A DNA stretch of 64,000 bases from NCBI GenBank assembly GCA_963708075.1, contig OY970194.1:832001-896000 (forward strand). Direction: 5' to 3'. The number at the start of each line of letters is the position of its first letter. Position 1 is the stretch's first letter. The notes under the pieces were generated by a model. The model saw nothing but the letters and a program-made list of their open reading frames with translations, was not told the origin of the DNA and did not search any database. Below, in pieces: positions 61,501 to 64,000 of the stretch. The stretch comes from Sedimentisphaerales bacterium (GTDB lineage: Bacteria; Planctomycetota; Phycisphaerae; Sedimentisphaerales; Anaerobacaceae). A program made the translations under genes and the position numbers.

Positions 61501-64000
61501 TCACTCGAAGCCGTAGGTCGAGATCTTAGATTCATTGCCGTCCGGGCGGTGGTCCAGGACCATGTGAATGAAGCGGATGTTCCTGGTTTTCAACTGGTCC
61601 AGGATGCTTTGGGATACTCCTGGCTCAAGCCGGGGCTCGAACAGGAAATTCTCGATGAAGTTGTGATGCTCCGGCCGGTACGTCTGAGAGTAATAGCCTT
61701 CCAAGATGATCGGCTCGGCAGCGAGTCCCTGGATCGTCGTGCGGCCCCATCGTTTCAGCGGCGCGGTTGACCCCGCATCCGCCACCCAGTCCGTCTGTCC
61801 CGGCGGCGGGACGGGGTAGTAGAAGGTCGTCTGGATTGAGACGCCGTTAGAGGAGAAGATTCTCTCCTGGAAGATGTCGTCGTCGCTGGGTTCTGTATGC
61901 AGCCAGAGGCGGACCCGGTTCGCCGTGGTGGAGCGCAGGCCGGAAGATGGACCGCCGTTGCCGATCTGCTGATACCACGACATCACAGGATGCTCGTACT
62001 CCGCATCCAGTGTCAGGCATCTGAAGGGCACATTGAATGCACGCGGGCCCAAGTCGGACAGCGTGAACACTGGACTCTGTGTCTGCAGGACGGACGTTGG
62101 GATCTTCGCGGTACGCAGGTGGTACGTGCGAGGGTTGCCCAGGTCGGGCAGTCGCCAGTTGTCCACAACGTCATTGCCATCGTAGGCATGCTCCGCGAAA
62201 GGCAGCAGGGGCATCTCGCCGCTGATCGTGCGAACCTGGTCGTCATCCAGGTACTCAATGTTCACCTTGGTGTAGAGGCCCCGGCTCAGATTGTTGCTGT
62301 CCAGCGTCATGCTCAGTGTTTCGAGCGTCCAGCGGGACTTCAAGCGATGATCGGCGAAAACATCGGTGGGATCAAACAGGTCGAACTCACCCGTATAGAC
62401 TTCGAATTCCGCCGGCGAGTTGACCAGGAAAGGCGTCTGCCTGCGGTCCGGCGATGGCACCTGGCGCACCTGTTTGACGATCAATCCACCCGTGGGCATC
62501 GCCTGCCCGCCCGGGCCCACCTTCTTGTATTCCAGGTCGAGGATGTAGGTGGTCTTGCCTGTCACGGTGCGGAACTGATCGCTGACGTCCATCAGCAGGC
62601 CGACCAGATTCCTGTAGTCGTTGGGCCAGTCCATGACGGTCCTGCCGACGGGGACGAGACTGGACTGGCGTTTCTGCGAGGCCGGCGTCAGCTTCACGAA
62701 CCCGGTGGACAGTACCTCGACGACGACCTCTTCCGGAATGGCCGCGCCCTCGGGATTGGTCACGGACACCGAGCCCTGCTGGGTGACGAGGGTCACAATC
62801 GTGTTCTGGCCCGCGCCTTTTCTCTCGACGGTGGCCACGCCGTTGGCCAGCTCGATTTCATCGGGGAAGGAGTGGTGGACGAGCAGGGCCATACCTACCT
62901 GTGCCTCGTTCACGTCACGGCGGAGCCGCTCGAGGAACGCATTATCATTGTAGAAGCTCGCGAACGCCTGCCGGATTGCCTCGAAGGCCCCGTCCTCGGT
63001 TTCGTCGTTCGGATCGCAGGCGCAAGGCCCGGCCGTGTCGTCGTCCAGGTCGTCGGCGAGGCAGCCGCTGTAGCTGTCGTACATGCCCGCCCCGACGAAA
63101 TCGTCACTGTCCTCCACGTTGGTCGAGCTTCGAAACCGCAGCTTGGCGCTGGGGTCAAAACCATATTGCGGGTCGGTCAACACGTTGGCGACGGCGTCGC
63201 GAAGTGCCGGATCAAGAGGCGTCAGGCTGCCGCTGGTGAAGAACGTGCGAATGGACGCCAGGTCGGCCGCCAGCATCTGCAAATCGTCAGGCGGGTAAGA
63301 ATCGTATTTCGAAAGCCGCTGCCGGATTTCCTGACGAAGTGTCGCCCCGGTGGTGGCGGGGGGGATCTGCCATTTGGTTGGCTCATTTACATCGTCGGTC
63401 AGGTACAGGCCGTTCAAGACGATGGCGCGGTCCGAGGCGTTGTACAACTCGATCCAATCGGGGTACTCGCCCGGCTCGCACGGGTCCTGGATGGTTTGTG
63501 TGTTGGCGGCCATGAGCTCATTGATGACCAGCCCGGGACCAGTCCGGCCGGGCTCGCCGGAGTTCGGCCGGCCGGGCGTCGGTTTGGTGAAGGACTCCCA
63601 CGTGTCGCCGCCATCCACGGATCGTCCATACGAGACATCGTTGTTCTGACGCCCGAAGTTGATCACATCGATCCGGGTGGCGCCGTCGCGGGCGTACAAA
63701 GCCACGGACTCCCCACCCTTGCTCAATGCGAAACTCGTATGTGTCGGGCCCTGTTCTTCGTCGTCATCGACCCAGAACAGCATGTGCTGCCCCGGTCCCA
63801 GGATCATCTCGGGAGCGGGCAGCAACGGTTGATCGAGGAACGCGTTCCACAGATCGAAGCTCAGGGCGATGGCCTTCGGACTATTGTCAGGGATTGCCCG
63901 GCGCAGCAGGCCCGAGTTGGCGGCCTTGCCCCCGAAATACTTCCCATCCACAGGAATCAGCCCGTCCGTCGATGTACCCATCGCCCCATAGGGAACCATG
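61501..64000 (-). CDS. PEP/pyruvate-binding (PPDK_N-like) domain protein with inserted lamin-tail-like domain; probably 5'-truncated by window edge
   Basis: FGGKAAN, RFRSSTNVED..GAGMYDS, MALLVH.SFPDE..ANGVA, LDLEYK. LTD motifs VINELMA, DWIELYN, YLTDD, SYGR, PTPG. Confidence 0.8.
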   Translation of the reverse strand, partial: MVPYGAMGTSTDGLIPVDGKYFGGKAANSGLLRRAIPDNSPKAIALSFDLWNAFLDQPLLPAPEMILGPGQHMLFWVDDDEEQGPTHTSFALSKGGESVALYARDGATRIDVINFGRQNNDVSYGRSVDGGDTWESFTKPTPGRPNSGEPGRTGPGLVINELMAANTQTIQDPCEPGEYPDWIELYNASDRAIVLNGLYLTDDVNEPTKWQIPPATTGATLRQEIRQRLSKYDSYPPDDLQMLAADLASIRTFFTSGSLTPLDPALRDAVANVLTDPQYGFDPSAKLRFRSSTNVEDSDDFVGAGMYDSYSGCLADDLDDDTAGPCACDPNDETEDGAFEAIRQAFASFYNDNAFLERLRRDVNEAQVGMALLVHHSFPDEIELANGVATVERKGAGQNTIVTLVTQQGSVSVTNPEGAAIPEEVVVEVLSTGFVKLTPASQKRQSSLVPVGRTVMDWPNDYRNLVGLLMDVSDQFRTVTGKTTYILDLEYKKVGPGGQAMPTGGLIVKQVRQVPSPDRRQTPFLVNSPAEFEVYTGEFDLFDPTDVFADHRLKSRWTLETLSMTLDSNNLSRGLYTKVNIEYLDDDQVRTISGEMPLLPFAEHAYDGNDVVDNWRLPDLGNPRTYHLRTAKIPTSVLQTQSPVFTLSDLGPRAFNVPFRCLTLDAEYEHPVMSWYQQIGNGGPSSGLRSTTANRVRLWLHTEPSDDDIFQERIFSSNGVSIQTTFYYPVPPPGQTDWVADAGSTAPLKRWGRTTIQGLAAEPIILEGYYSQTYRPEHHNFIENFLFEPRLEPGVSQSILDQLKTRNIRFIHMVLDHRPDGNESKISTYGFE

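Noticed and set aside
1..64000. tRNA, rRNA or known riboswitch
   Set aside because: None recognised by eye. A covariance-model scan was not possible.

Overview
GC-rich bacterial window, most likely Planctomycetota (Phycisphaerae/Sedimentisphaerales-like). That placement is inferred from gene content: Tat-exported Gfo/Idh/MocA oxidoreductases, PQQ-like propellers, DUF1080, DUF2961, ceramidase-like proteins and PA14/'YYWRVDE' modular proteins. About 38 genes, mostly carbohydrate catabolism: a GH2 / GH20-GH89 fusion / nucleotidyltransferase / HexNAc kinase-like / GH36-like cluster, a DUF1080-ThuA-oxidoreductase cluster, and an RND efflux operon. One ISKra4-like IS (29341-30876) has 24-bp TIRs and a 6-bp target duplication. 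About nine small indels break otherwise intact genes and are probably long-read assembly errors. The most unusual signals are non-coding. (i) An irregular array of seven 18-bp AATTGGCTTTGTTTCGCA repeats (30910-31351) whose spacers carry other repeat families and which lies downstream of an ECF-type promoter match. (ii) Three dispersed ~85-95-bp hairpin elements with compensatory changes. (iii) Heptamer tandem-repeat tracts, including a pair inserted in frame into a URO-D-family gene. In addition, the last gene has a circularly permuted lamin-tail-like domain inserted into a PEP/pyruvate-binding domain. All family calls come from motif recognition; no searches were run.
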